The notes under the pieces were generated by a model. The model saw only the letters and a list, made by a program, of their open reading frames with translations, did not search any database and was not told the origin of the DNA. Both the position numbers and the translations under genes were made by a program. DNA of 64,000 nucleotides from Lachnospiraceae bacterium (lineage in GTDB: Bacteria; Bacillota; Clostridia; Lachnospirales; Anaerotignaceae), in assembly GCA_963633805.1 (NCBI GenBank), contig CAVGZD010000001.1:48150-112149 (forward strand), in the 5' to 3' direction. This document shows positions 19,376 to 28,006 of the stretch, piece after piece (position 1 is the stretch's first letter; each line of letters opens with the position of its first letter).

Positions 19376-20622
19376 TTCAGTTGGTCAAGGGAACGAAGGA
19401 TATTTATGGCGCGGAGGTGCGCGCTTGGCAGGAGATCGAAGGGAAGATGAGAAGGATCTGCGAAACCTTCGGGATCGGCGAGATCCGCACGCCTGCGTTT
19501 GAGTTCACGGAGCTTTTTGCGCGGGGGGTCGGCGAGACGACAGATATCGTGCAGAAGGAAATGTACACCTTCACGGATGATGGCAACCGCAGCCTGACTC
19601 TGCGCCCGGAGGGCACGGCAGGCGTGGTGCGCGCATACATTGAGCATGGGATGCACAATCAGGCGCAGCCGACGAAGCTCTACTACATTTCTCCGACCTT
19701 CCGCTGCGAGAACACGCAGGCAGGCAGACAGAGACAGTTCCACCAATTCGGCATCGAAATGCTCGGCTCTTACAGCGCGGCGCAGGATGCCGAGGTTATC
19801 ACGGTGGCGATCACGCTTTTGGAGGAGCTGGGCGTAAAGGGTGTGGAGCTACGGCTGAACAGCCTTGGCTGCCCGCAGTGTCGCGCGAAGTATAATCAGG
19901 CGCTGAAGGACTTCATTGGGCAGAATCTGAATCAGCTTTGCCCGACCTGCCGGGATCGTTTCGAGCGCAATCCCCTGCGCGTGCTGGACTGCAAGGAGGA
20001 AAGCTGTCAGCGCATTGTGGCGAATGCGCCCTCTGTGCTGGATTGTCTGGATGAGGAATGTACAGCGCATTTCCAAAAGGTGCAGGATATCCTGACGGCG
20101 AACGGCATTGCCTTTACGATCGACCCGCGGATCGTGCGCGGCTTGGATTATTATACCAGAACCGTGTTTGAGTTCGTTTCGGGCGGGCTGACGGTCTGCG
20201 GCGGCGGCAGATATGATAATCTGGTTGAGGAGGTCGGCGGCAAGCCTACGGGCGCGGTCGGCTTCGGCTTGGGCATCGAGCGTCTGCTGATGATCTTGGA
20301 GGAACAAAACGGCGCGTTGGCGGAAACGGCGGAGCGCGATGTGTATATTGGCTCGATGGGCGAAGCGGGGCTTTTGAAGGCGCAGTCCATGACATACGAG
20401 CTGCGCAAGGCTGGCATCGAGGCGGACTGCGACACGGTGGAGCGCAGTGTGAAGGCGCAGATGAAATATGCCAATAAGCTGGGCGCGAAATATTCCGTGA
20501 TCCTGGGCGATTCCGAGATCGAAAGCGGAAAAGCGGAGTTGAAGGAGATGGAAAGCGGCGAGAAAACAGAGGTCGCTCTGTCGGAGCTGGTTGCGATGCT
20601 CAAGGAGAAATGCGCGAAATAA
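19372..20622 (+). CDS. hisS: Histidine--tRNA ligase
   Basis: LRPEGTA, GR.RQFHQ, RGLDYY, GGGRYD, GFGLGIER. Confidence 0.98.
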   Translation: MIQLVKGTKDIYGAEVRAWQEIEGKMRRICETFGIGEIRTPAFEFTELFARGVGETTDIVQKEMYTFTDDGNRSLTLRPEGTAGVVRAYIEHGMHNQAQPTKLYYISPTFRCENTQAGRQRQFHQFGIEMLGSYSAAQDAEVITVAITLLEELGVKGVELRLNSLGCPQCRAKYNQALKDFIGQNLNQLCPTCRDRFERNPLRVLDCKEESCQRIVANAPSVLDCLDEECTAHFQKVQDILTANGIAFTIDPRIVRGLDYYTRTVFEFVSGGLTVCGGGRYDNLVEEVGGKPTGAVGFGLGIERLLMILEEQNGALAETAERDVYIGSMGEAGLLKAQSMTYELRKAGIEADCDTVERSVKAQMKYANKLGAKYSVILGDSEIESGKAELKEMESGEKTEVALSELVAMLKEKCAK

Positions 20623-20817
20623 AATAGAGGAAGTCGGTAAGAATATGCCTTGCGGGAGCAGGGCTTATTTTGCGTCCGCGCGGAGATGGGAAGACTTGTA
20701 TTTTCCGCACGGAAGTGTTATCATGAATGGACATGTTATTTTTTCGTAAGGACTTATGGAGGATTTGCCGCAGGATGCAGGGATGCGGTCGCGGCTTCCG
20801 TATGAGGAGGACGAATC

Positions 20818-22176
20818 ATGAAGGTTGTAATCATAGGGGACGGGAAGGTCGGCAGCACCATCACGAACGATCTTTCCGGCGAGGGTCATGACATCGTTGT
20901 GATCGACCGTGATCAGGTGGTCTTGCAGAATGCGAGCAATACGATGGATATTATCAGCGTGCAGGGCAATGGCGCGAGCATCGCCGTGCAGAAACGGGCG
21001 GGCGTGCCGACGGCGGATCTTCTCATTGCGGCGACCTCTCTGGATGAGGTCAATATGCTGGCGTGCCTAGTCGGCAATAAGCTGGGCGTGGCGAATACGA
21101 TCGCGCGCGTACGCAACCCGGAATATTTTGAGCAGATCGATCTGCTGAAGGACGAGCTGGGGCTGAGCATGACGGTAAATCCAGAACACGCCGCCGCAGC
21201 GGAGATCCTGCGGCTTCTGCGTTTTCCCTCCGCGCTCAAGATTGAACTGTTCGCCCGCGGGCGCGTGGAGCTGGTCGAGATCAAGATCCCGCCGCATAGC
21301 GTGCTGGACGGGATGCCGCTTTGGGCGATCTATAAGGAATTTCAGGTAAAGGTACTGATCTGCGCGGTGCAGCGGGAGGGCAAGGTCTTTATCCCGAATG
21401 GTAATTTTGTGCTGCAGGCGGGGGATAAAATCAATCTGACCGCGCCGCATATCGAGATCGAGAACTTTTTCCGCACCATCGGCATTTTCCGCACGGGCGT
21501 GAAGTCCGTGATGATGATCGGCGGCGGCAGGCTGTCCTATTATCTGGCGAAATCCCTGCTGGAGATGCGCGTGCGGGTGAAGATCATCGAGAAGGATGAG
21601 GAGCGCTGCGATTATCTCTGCGAAATGCTGCCCGATGCCGTTATCATCCATGGCGATGGCACGGATCGCGAGATTTTGCAGGAGGAAGGACTGGAAAAAA
21701 CAGACGCGCTTGTCTGCCTGACGGGCATGGATGAGGAAAATATCATTGTGGCACTTTATGCCAAGGCGCGGAAAATATCCAAGGTCATTGCGAAAATCAA
21801 CCGCCTTTCCTTCGATGAAATTCTGGAGGATCTGGATATTGACGGCTTCATCTCCCCCAAAACGATTGCGGCGAACCATATCGTGCGCTATGTCCGCGCG
21901 ATGCAAAATTCCCTCGGCAGCAGTAATGTGGAAACGCTGCATAAGCTCATCGGCGAGCAGGTGGAGGCATTGGAATTTAAGGTCAAGGAAAAATCGCCCG
22001 TGGTAGGTATCCCGCTGAAGGATCTGAAAACGAAGGATGGGCTGCTGGTGGCGGCGATCATCCGCGGGATGCGCGTGATCATTCCGGGCGGTCATGATTC
22101 CATCGAACCGGGGGACAGCGTGATTATCGTGACGACGAATAAACGCCTGTCGGATTTGAAGGATATTTTGAAATAA
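20818..22176 (+). CDS. trkA: Trk potassium uptake NAD-binding subunit
   Basis: Two RCK modules (IIG.GKVG; IGGG...YLA), ARVRNPEY. Confidence 0.95.
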   Translation: MKVVIIGDGKVGSTITNDLSGEGHDIVVIDRDQVVLQNASNTMDIISVQGNGASIAVQKRAGVPTADLLIAATSLDEVNMLACLVGNKLGVANTIARVRNPEYFEQIDLLKDELGLSMTVNPEHAAAAEILRLLRFPSALKIELFARGRVELVEIKIPPHSVLDGMPLWAIYKEFQVKVLICAVQREGKVFIPNGNFVLQAGDKINLTAPHIEIENFFRTIGIFRTGVKSVMMIGGGRLSYYLAKSLLEMRVRVKIIEKDEERCDYLCEMLPDAVIIHGDGTDREILQEEGLEKTDALVCLTGMDEENIIVALYAKARKISKVIAKINRLSFDEILEDLDIDGFISPKTIAANHIVRYVRAMQNSLGSSNVETLHKLIGEQVEALEFKVKEKSPVVGIPLKDLKTKDGLLVAAIIRGMRVIIPGGHDSIEPGDSVIIVTTNKRLSDLKDILK

Positions 22177-22200
22177 CATCTGAAATGGGATGAAAAGAGT

Positions 22201-23652
22201 ATGAATTTTCAAATGATTGCCTATGTATTGGGCAGTATTTTGCGTCTGGAGGGGCTGCTGATGCTCGTGCCGACGGTGGTTGCCGTATATTATCAGGAGC
22301 AGACGCCGGCGGTCGCGCTGATTGCATCGGCGACGTTCTGTCTGATAGCTGGTACGGCGATCGGCTGCAAAGAGCCGAGCAATAAACGCATTTATGGCAG
22401 AGAGGGCTTTATCGTGGTGGCGCTTTCATGGATCATGATGTCCATATTCGGCGCATTTCCCTACTATCTGAGCAATTCCATAGAGGGCTATCTGAATTGC
22501 TTTTTTGAAACGGTCTCCGGGCTGACGACCACCGGCTCGACCGTCCTGCAGGGGATCGAGCATCTGCCGCGCAGCATTCTGTTCTGGCGTTGCTTTACGC
22601 ATTGGATCGGTGGCATGGGGATACTGGTGTTCATGCTGGCGATTATGCCGCTGGGGGATGAGCGCACGATGTATCTGATGAAGGCGGAGGCGCCGGGACC
22701 TGTGGTTTCCAAGCTGGTGCCGCGCGTCAAATCCACGGCGAAGATACTATACATGATTTATGTCGCGCTGACGCTGCTGGAGCTGTTTTTGCTGCGGCTG
22801 GGCGGGCTGCCGTGGTATGACAGCATCGTCCACGCGATCTCAACTGCGGGTACGGGCGGCTTTTCCATCTGGAATGACAGCATTGCCGCCTATAACAGCG
22901 ATTATGTGGAATATATCGTCACGCTTTTTATGCTGCTGTTCAGCGTCAACTTCAATCTGTATTATCTGCTGCTGATGCGGGATTTCAAAAACGTGTTCCA
23001 GAATGAGGAGCTGCGGTATTTTGTGGCAATCGTCTGCATCGCAACGCTGCTCATTGCGGTGAATATTTATCATTGCTATGGGACGATCGAGAGCGCGTTC
23101 CGTCATTCTGTCTTCCAAGTGGCGGCTGTGATGAGCACGACGGGCTTTGTAACGGCGGATTTCGATCACTGGCCGGAATTTTCCAAGACGATATTGTTCT
23201 GCCTGATGTATCTGGGGGCTTGCGGCGGCTCTACGGCGGGCGGTATCAAGATTTCCCGCTTTATTATCCTCCTGAAGATGATCAAGCGGGAGGTCAAGCG
23301 GATCGTGCATCCCCGCTCGGTGAATCTGATTAAGCTGGATGGCTGCCGCATTGAGGAGGATGCCGTGCGGAGCGTTTCGGGCTTTCTGGTGATGTATCTG
23401 CTGATCCTGCTCGGCTCGTTTTTGCTGATTTCGCTGAATGATTTCGATTTCGTCACGAATATGACGGCTGTTGTGACCTGTCTGAGCAATGTTGGACCGG
23501 GGCTTGAGATGGCAGGACCGACGGAGGCATTGGCGTTTTTCTCGCCCTTTTCCAAGCTGGTGCTCTGCATGGATATGCTGCTGGGCAGGCTGGAGATTTT
23601 CCCGATTATCATGCTTTTTGCCCCTTCCATCTGGCGCAGGAGCTATATGTAA
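22201..23652 (+). CDS. trkH: Trk potassium uptake membrane subunit
   Basis: FETVSGLTTTG, HWIGGMG, TGGFS, STTGF, GSTAGGIK, SNVGPG, GRLE. Confidence 0.96.
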   Translation: MNFQMIAYVLGSILRLEGLLMLVPTVVAVYYQEQTPAVALIASATFCLIAGTAIGCKEPSNKRIYGREGFIVVALSWIMMSIFGAFPYYLSNSIEGYLNCFFETVSGLTTTGSTVLQGIEHLPRSILFWRCFTHWIGGMGILVFMLAIMPLGDERTMYLMKAEAPGPVVSKLVPRVKSTAKILYMIYVALTLLELFLLRLGGLPWYDSIVHAISTAGTGGFSIWNDSIAAYNSDYVEYIVTLFMLLFSVNFNLYYLLLMRDFKNVFQNEELRYFVAIVCIATLLIAVNIYHCYGTIESAFRHSVFQVAAVMSTTGFVTADFDHWPEFSKTILFCLMYLGACGGSTAGGIKISRFIILLKMIKREVKRIVHPRSVNLIKLDGCRIEEDAVRSVSGFLVMYLLILLGSFLLISLNDFDFVTNMTAVVTCLSNVGPGLEMAGPTEALAFFSPFSKLVLCMDMLLGRLEIFPIIMLFAPSIWRRSYM

Positions 23653-23653
23653 A

Positions 23654-23826
23654 GAGAAAGAAGCGGCTGCGTAAGCAGCCGCTTCTTTGATAGAGGGAGG
23701 GTTATTACTATTTATATCATCCAAAAAATCGGATCATATCTGAATTATATTAGGAAGGGGTGCCTGCGGCGCTTCGGGGAAAGAAGCCGCAGGCGGGAAG
23801 TAAAAGGGGGCGTCCTTTTGACTTCT
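23654..23826 (-). ncRNA. Candidate trans-acting small RNA with C-rich motifs
   Basis: Minus-strand TATACT -10 at 23837-23832, GC-rich hairpins with C-rich loops, further CCCC/CCCUCCC tracts, ends in the terminator shared with trkH; no long ORF. Confidence 0.65.
23657..23688. terminator. Bidirectional terminator after trkH
   Basis: AAAGAAGCGGCTGC-GTAA-GCAGCCGCTTCTTT perfect 14-bp stem. Confidence 0.9.
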
Positions 23827-23943
23827 CGCTTAGTATATAAGATAAATGTGGCTATTCTGTGAACAAAAAATTAAGATTCTCTGATAATAAACGGAAAATT
23901 TGATTATAAAGCTCTCATTTTGCGATAATCGTTGAAATTTGCC

Positions 23944-24048
23944 GCAGGACGCGCCAAAATAAGAAAATATCGAAAAAGTGTAAATCCTTGTTTTGCAGGG
24001 ACTTGCGTTTTTTATTGAAAAATGTCTGTTTTCTTAAGCGGAGTCTGC
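23944..24048 (+). repeat. Full-length copy of the intergenic palindromic repeat family
   Basis: GCGCCAAAATAAGAAAA...GTAAATCCTTGTTTTGCAGGGACTTGC...TGAAAAATGTCTGTTTTCTTAAGCGGAGTCTGC. Confidence 0.75.
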
Positions 24049-24129
24049 GCGGGATGGGGGCTTCTTGGCTGTAGATTTTATATCACGGAAAACCTATCGA
24101 ATTTCTATCAATTATTTTGAAATTTACTC

Positions 24130-24158
24130 TTGCATACCGGAAGAAAGTTCGCTATAAT
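24130..24158 (+). promoter_or_regulatory. SigA promoter of the HD-domain gene
   Basis: TTGCAT-17 bp-TATAAT. Confidence 0.7.
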
Positions 24159-24206
24159 GTACAACAAAATAATGTACAACAAAAAATACGAAAGAAGGAA
24201 TGTACA

Positions 24207-24770
24207 ATGGGAAAGGTTTTGACAAGAGACGAAGCATGGGAACTGTTGCAGGAATACAACAAAGAGCCTTTTCATCTGCGCCATGGCGAGACGGTAGAGG
24301 GCGTAATGCGTTATTTGGCGCAGGAGCTCGGCTATGGCGATGAGGTGGATTTCTGGGGCAATGTCGGTCTGCTGCATGATCTGGATTTTGAGCTTTGGCC
24401 GGAGCAGCACTGCACCAAGGTACAGGAGATCATGAGAGAGAAGGGGCTGGACGAGAGATTGATCCATGCGGTTGCGAGCCACGGCTATGGCATCTGCTGC
24501 GATGTAGAGCCGGAGCATGAGATGGAAAAGGTGCTTTTTGCCGTGGATGAATTGACCGGGCTGATTGGCGCAACGGCATTGATGCGCCCCTCTAAGAGCG
24601 TGAAGGATATGGAAGTGAAGTCCGTGAAGAAAAAATTCAAAGATAAGGGCTTTGCGGCAGGCTGCAGCCGTGACATCATCCGCACAGGCGCAGAACGCCT
24701 TGGTTGGGACTTGGATCAGCTGATCGCATATACGCTGGATGGCATGAAGGCGGACGAGAGAAACGCATAA
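24207..24770 (+). CDS. HD-superfamily hydrolase
   Basis: H...VEGVMR, GLLHDLDFE, HAVASH, AVDELTG; start at ATG 24207 after AAGGA. Confidence 0.88.
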   Translation: MGKVLTRDEAWELLQEYNKEPFHLRHGETVEGVMRYLAQELGYGDEVDFWGNVGLLHDLDFELWPEQHCTKVQEIMREKGLDERLIHAVASHGYGICCDVEPEHEMEKVLFAVDELTGLIGATALMRPSKSVKDMEVKSVKKKFKDKGFAAGCSRDIIRTGAERLGWDLDQLIAYTLDGMKADERNA

Positions 24771-24830
24771 GTAAGATCGAAAAACTACATAAATCATGAA
24801 AAAACAGCTTATCCCTGCATCCGATGCGGT

Positions 24831-24919
24831 GCGCCCAAAGGAGAAAGCCTCGTAAATCCTTGCGGAACAGAGATTTACGAAGTCCGGAATGAAAAATGTC
24901 TGTATTCTTAGGCGGAATC
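24831..24919 (+). repeat. Copy of the repeat family inside a terminator loop
   Basis: GCGCCCAAAG..CGTAAATCCTTG...GATTTACG...TGAAAAATGTCTGTATTCTTAGGCGGAATC, flanked by the stem AAAAAACAGCTTATCCC / GGGACAAGCTGTTTTTT. Confidence 0.75.
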
Positions 24920-24947
24920 AATGTAGGGGACAAGCTGTTTTTTTCTG

Positions 24948-25277
24948 TCAAAAAACCATCTGCACCAGCACCATATACAAAACCGTGCCGCCGAAAATGC
25001 TCAGCATGGTATTCCTGCGCCAAAGATGCAGCAGGGCGGTCACAGCGGAGGCAAGCAGCATCGGCACGCAGCCAGCCGCATTGGCAAAGGAAATGCCCTT
25101 CAGGCAGTAGATGACGAGGGTCGCCATGATCGCCATGGGCAGCACGCGCCCCAGATAGCGGACGACCTCCGGCACATCTCTGCCGCGGAAGATCAGAAAG
25201 GGCAGGGCGCGTTCCGCAACGGTGCAGAGCGCACAGACCGCGATGATGAGTATGGATTGTGTCGTTGAAATTGCCAT
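24948..25277 (-). CDS. azlD: Branched-chain amino acid exporter small subunit
   Basis: RALPFLIF, YLGRVLPMA, HLWRRN...SI..GT..YM. Confidence 0.9.
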   Translation of the reverse strand: MAISTTQSILIIAVCALCTVAERALPFLIFRGRDVPEVVRYLGRVLPMAIMATLVIYCLKGISFANAAGCVPMLLASAVTALLHLWRRNTMLSIFGGTVLYMVLVQMVF

Positions 25278-25278
25278 A

Positions 25279-25983
25279 TCAGTCTTCCCCCTTTTCTTTC
25301 GCCTGCTCCGGTTCGATGCGCCCGCGCAGGATCGTCAGCAGAGCCACCGTGATCAGCAGCGAAGGCAGGATAAAGTTGCTCGGCCCGAACACGATCAGGC
25401 AGACGATGCTCGAGATAAACGCCAGAATCGCGGGCAGGCAATGCGACGCACCCTTAATCTGCTCGATCAGAATGACGATGAACAGCGCGGTCAGGGCGAA
25501 GTCGATCCCCGCGGTGTCAAAGGGGATCAATGTGCCGATGAGTGCGCCCAGAATGCTCAGGATGATCCAGTAGAATGTGGTCAATGCCGCCGTCAGGACA
25601 TATGCCCATTTTTTATTGATATCACTGTCAAAATCATGGGAGCAATGCAGGGAATAATTCTCGTCCGTCAGGGAATAGATCAGGAAATATTTCCATGCGC
25701 CGAAGGAGCGGAATTCCTCGATAAAGGACAGCCCATAGAAGATATGGCGGCTATTGAGCAGCAATGCCATGATCGCGACTGCCGCCAGCGAAACCCCGCC
25801 GGCAAAAAAGCTCACCATCAGATATTGCAAAGAGCCTGCAAACACAAACAGGCTGCATGCGCCCGTCCAGATGAAATTATAGCCAACGCTCTGCATCAGC
25901 ACGCCATAGGCAAGCGCCACAGGGATGTAGCTGATGAGAATCGGGAAGCTATGCCGGAGGGCATAGCGAAACGTTTTGTTCAT
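25279..25983 (-). CDS. azlC: Branched-chain amino acid exporter AzlC
   Basis: FAGSLQY, LLNSRHIFYG, LTDE.Y, GIDFALTALF. Confidence 0.92.
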   Translation of the reverse strand: MNKTFRYALRHSFPILISYIPVALAYGVLMQSVGYNFIWTGACSLFVFAGSLQYLMVSFFAGGVSLAAVAIMALLLNSRHIFYGLSFIEEFRSFGAWKYFLIYSLTDENYSLHCSHDFDSDINKKWAYVLTAALTTFYWIILSILGALIGTLIPFDTAGIDFALTALFIVILIEQIKGASHCLPAILAFISSIVCLIVFGPSNFILPSLLITVALLTILRGRIEPEQAKEKGED

Positions 25984-26002
25984 ATCCTATCACAGATCCT
26001 TT

Positions 26003-27769
26003 CTATTCCGTCCGCATCTGCTTCACCCGATTTTCGTCCGGGGTGATGTAGATAGTTTTGTTCGTCAGATAAATCACCATGCCGGGCTTTGCGCCGTTCG
26101 GCTTTTTCACGTTTTTGCGCTGCGTATAATCCACGGGAACCATGCTGCCGTCCTTCGCCTTGCTGTAGTAGGCGGCGAGATTGGCGGCTTCCTCCATGGT
26201 GGCTTCGGGCAGCTCACTCCTGCCGCCCGTGCGGATGATGACATGAGAGCCGGGGATGTCCTTGGTATGCATCCAGATGTCCGTTGGTTCGGCGGTGCGC
26301 AGGGTCAGCTCATCATTTTGCAGATTGCTCTTGCCGACCAGAATTTCATAGCCATCGGAGGAAATATAGCGCAGGGGCTTGGCTTTTTTCGGCTTCTGTG
26401 CGCCTTTTTTCTGCGGCTGCCTGCGGATGAAGCCGCTTTCGGCAAGCTCCGTACGAATCTCGCGCAGGTCGGCATCCTCCTTGCAATGCTCCAGCGCGTT
26501 GAGCACGCTCTCCAGATAGGCAAGCTCCTCCTCGTTCTGCTTTTCCTGAATTTCCAGCGCGGCGAGGGTGCGCTTTGCCTTGTTGTATTTTGCGAAATAT
26601 TTCTGCGCATTTTCTGCGGGAGTTTTTGCGGGATCAATGGCGATTTCGATTTCTGGCATAGCTTCCTCGTAATAATCAACGGTGCGGAAGGTCGTCACGC
26701 CCTGCGGCACGGCGTAGATATTCGCCGTCAAAAGCTCGCCTTTTTTCTTCCAAAGCTCCATGCCCTTGGTTTCCCGGCGGGTCTTCGCCTGAATCTCCTT
26801 TTTCTTGACGCAGCGCTCGATGTGATTCATCAGGAGCTTACGGATGTCGTACGCCTTCTGGCGCATTTGTGCGGTATTGTCCCGCTCCTGATAAAAGCCC
26901 TCCAAAAGCGTGGAAACACTGGGAAATTCCTTCTTTTCCAATGCGGCAAACTGCGTCATGCGCAGCACTGCGAAATCCACAACGCGATGCTCCTCCCCCT
27001 GATAATAAATAGCGGGGGCATAATCCTCTGCCTTTACCTCCTGCATCAGCGCGGCAAAGGCGGCATAAAGCGCCTCACCCTGCGCAAGGCTTGTCTCCTG
27101 GCAGGCATTGGAGGCATCCAGTCCCGCGCGGGAGCAGATTTCCCCCGCCATCATCGGGCTGATGCCGGTGTAGCTTTGATAGAGAAATTCCTGTAAGCGT
27201 CTGCCCTCCTGCATATGCAGGGAAAAGAGAAAATCAGCCTGCTCCGCGGTCAGGGGATTTTTTTTATCCTGCGCGGGCGGAAAAACGTAGTTTTTTCCGG
27301 GCAGAACCTCGCGGACGGAGCTTTTCTCATGCGTGATGCGCTTGATGGAATCCAGAATTTTGCCGTTTTCATCCGTCAGGATGAGATTGCTGTGCTTACC
27401 CATGATTTCCAGAATCAGATTTTTGCGCGTCAGATCGCCCATTTCGTTTGTTGCTTCGATGCGCAGGATGAGGATGCGCTCGAAATTGGGCTGCAAAATT
27501 TCCACGATCTTGCCCCCGGCGATATGCTTGCGCAGCACCATGCAGAAAAGCGGCGCAGTCATGGGATTTTCGCGGGTCGTTTCCGTCAGATGCATTCTGG
27601 GATGGCTGGAATTTGCCGAAGCCAGCACCCGCTTGACTCCGCCCGCCCCGCGCACGGTAAAACGGATCTCATCGGCTGTCGGCTGATGGATTTTATCGAT
27701 TCTTCCGCCCAAAAGGGCAGCTTTCAGTTCGGCTGCAATGGCAGAAACCGTAATGCCGTCCAATGCCAT
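26003..27769 (-). CDS. rqcH: Ribosome quality control protein RqcH (FbpA/NFACT)
   Basis: MALDG, GRIDKIHQP, ILEIMGKHSNLIL, ENAQKYF.KY.K, VGK.N.QND.LT, IPGSHV, KPG.V.Y. Confidence 0.95.
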   Translation of the reverse strand: MALDGITVSAIAAELKAALLGGRIDKIHQPTADEIRFTVRGAGGVKRVLASANSSHPRMHLTETTRENPMTAPLFCMVLRKHIAGGKIVEILQPNFERILILRIEATNEMGDLTRKNLILEIMGKHSNLILTDENGKILDSIKRITHEKSSVREVLPGKNYVFPPAQDKKNPLTAEQADFLFSLHMQEGRRLQEFLYQSYTGISPMMAGEICSRAGLDASNACQETSLAQGEALYAAFAALMQEVKAEDYAPAIYYQGEEHRVVDFAVLRMTQFAALEKKEFPSVSTLLEGFYQERDNTAQMRQKAYDIRKLLMNHIERCVKKKEIQAKTRRETKGMELWKKKGELLTANIYAVPQGVTTFRTVDYYEEAMPEIEIAIDPAKTPAENAQKYFAKYNKAKRTLAALEIQEKQNEEELAYLESVLNALEHCKEDADLREIRTELAESGFIRRQPQKKGAQKPKKAKPLRYISSDGYEILVGKSNLQNDELTLRTAEPTDIWMHTKDIPGSHVIIRTGGRSELPEATMEEAANLAAYYSKAKDGSMVPVDYTQRKNVKKPNGAKPGMVIYLTNKTIYITPDENRVKQMRTE

Positions 27770-27933
27770 GCAAAGCACCTCCTATTCGTTCGTTAGATGT
27801 TTCTGATTCACTAATATAGCATACTTTGGGCGAAAACACACGCTTTTTTGAACAAAAATACGGTACTATTTGCCGCCATATGCTGAAAAATTAAAATTTG
27901 ATTAGAAATAATGGATACAATCGACGGTTTTCC

Positions 27934-27962
27934 TTGCACTTTCCTTCCGGCTTCTGTATAAT
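27934..27962 (+). promoter_or_regulatory. SigA promoter of yloC-gmk-rpoZ
   Basis: TTGCAC-17 bp-TATAAT. Confidence 0.7.
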
Positions 27963-28006
27963 AAAGCAGCTATTTTGTTTGAATCAGATGAGGAAGGACG
28001 AAGATC

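Noticed and set aside
20623..20817. c-di-AMP (ydaO) riboswitch ahead of trkAH
   Set aside because: No recognisable conserved ydaO segments; the region holds only a terminator-like hairpin and a possible promoter
24147..24175. dif-like site GTTCGCTATAA-TGTACA
   Set aside because: Only the left arm resembles a XerC site; there is no TTATGT-type right arm, and the match is explained by a -10 box plus the tandem repeat
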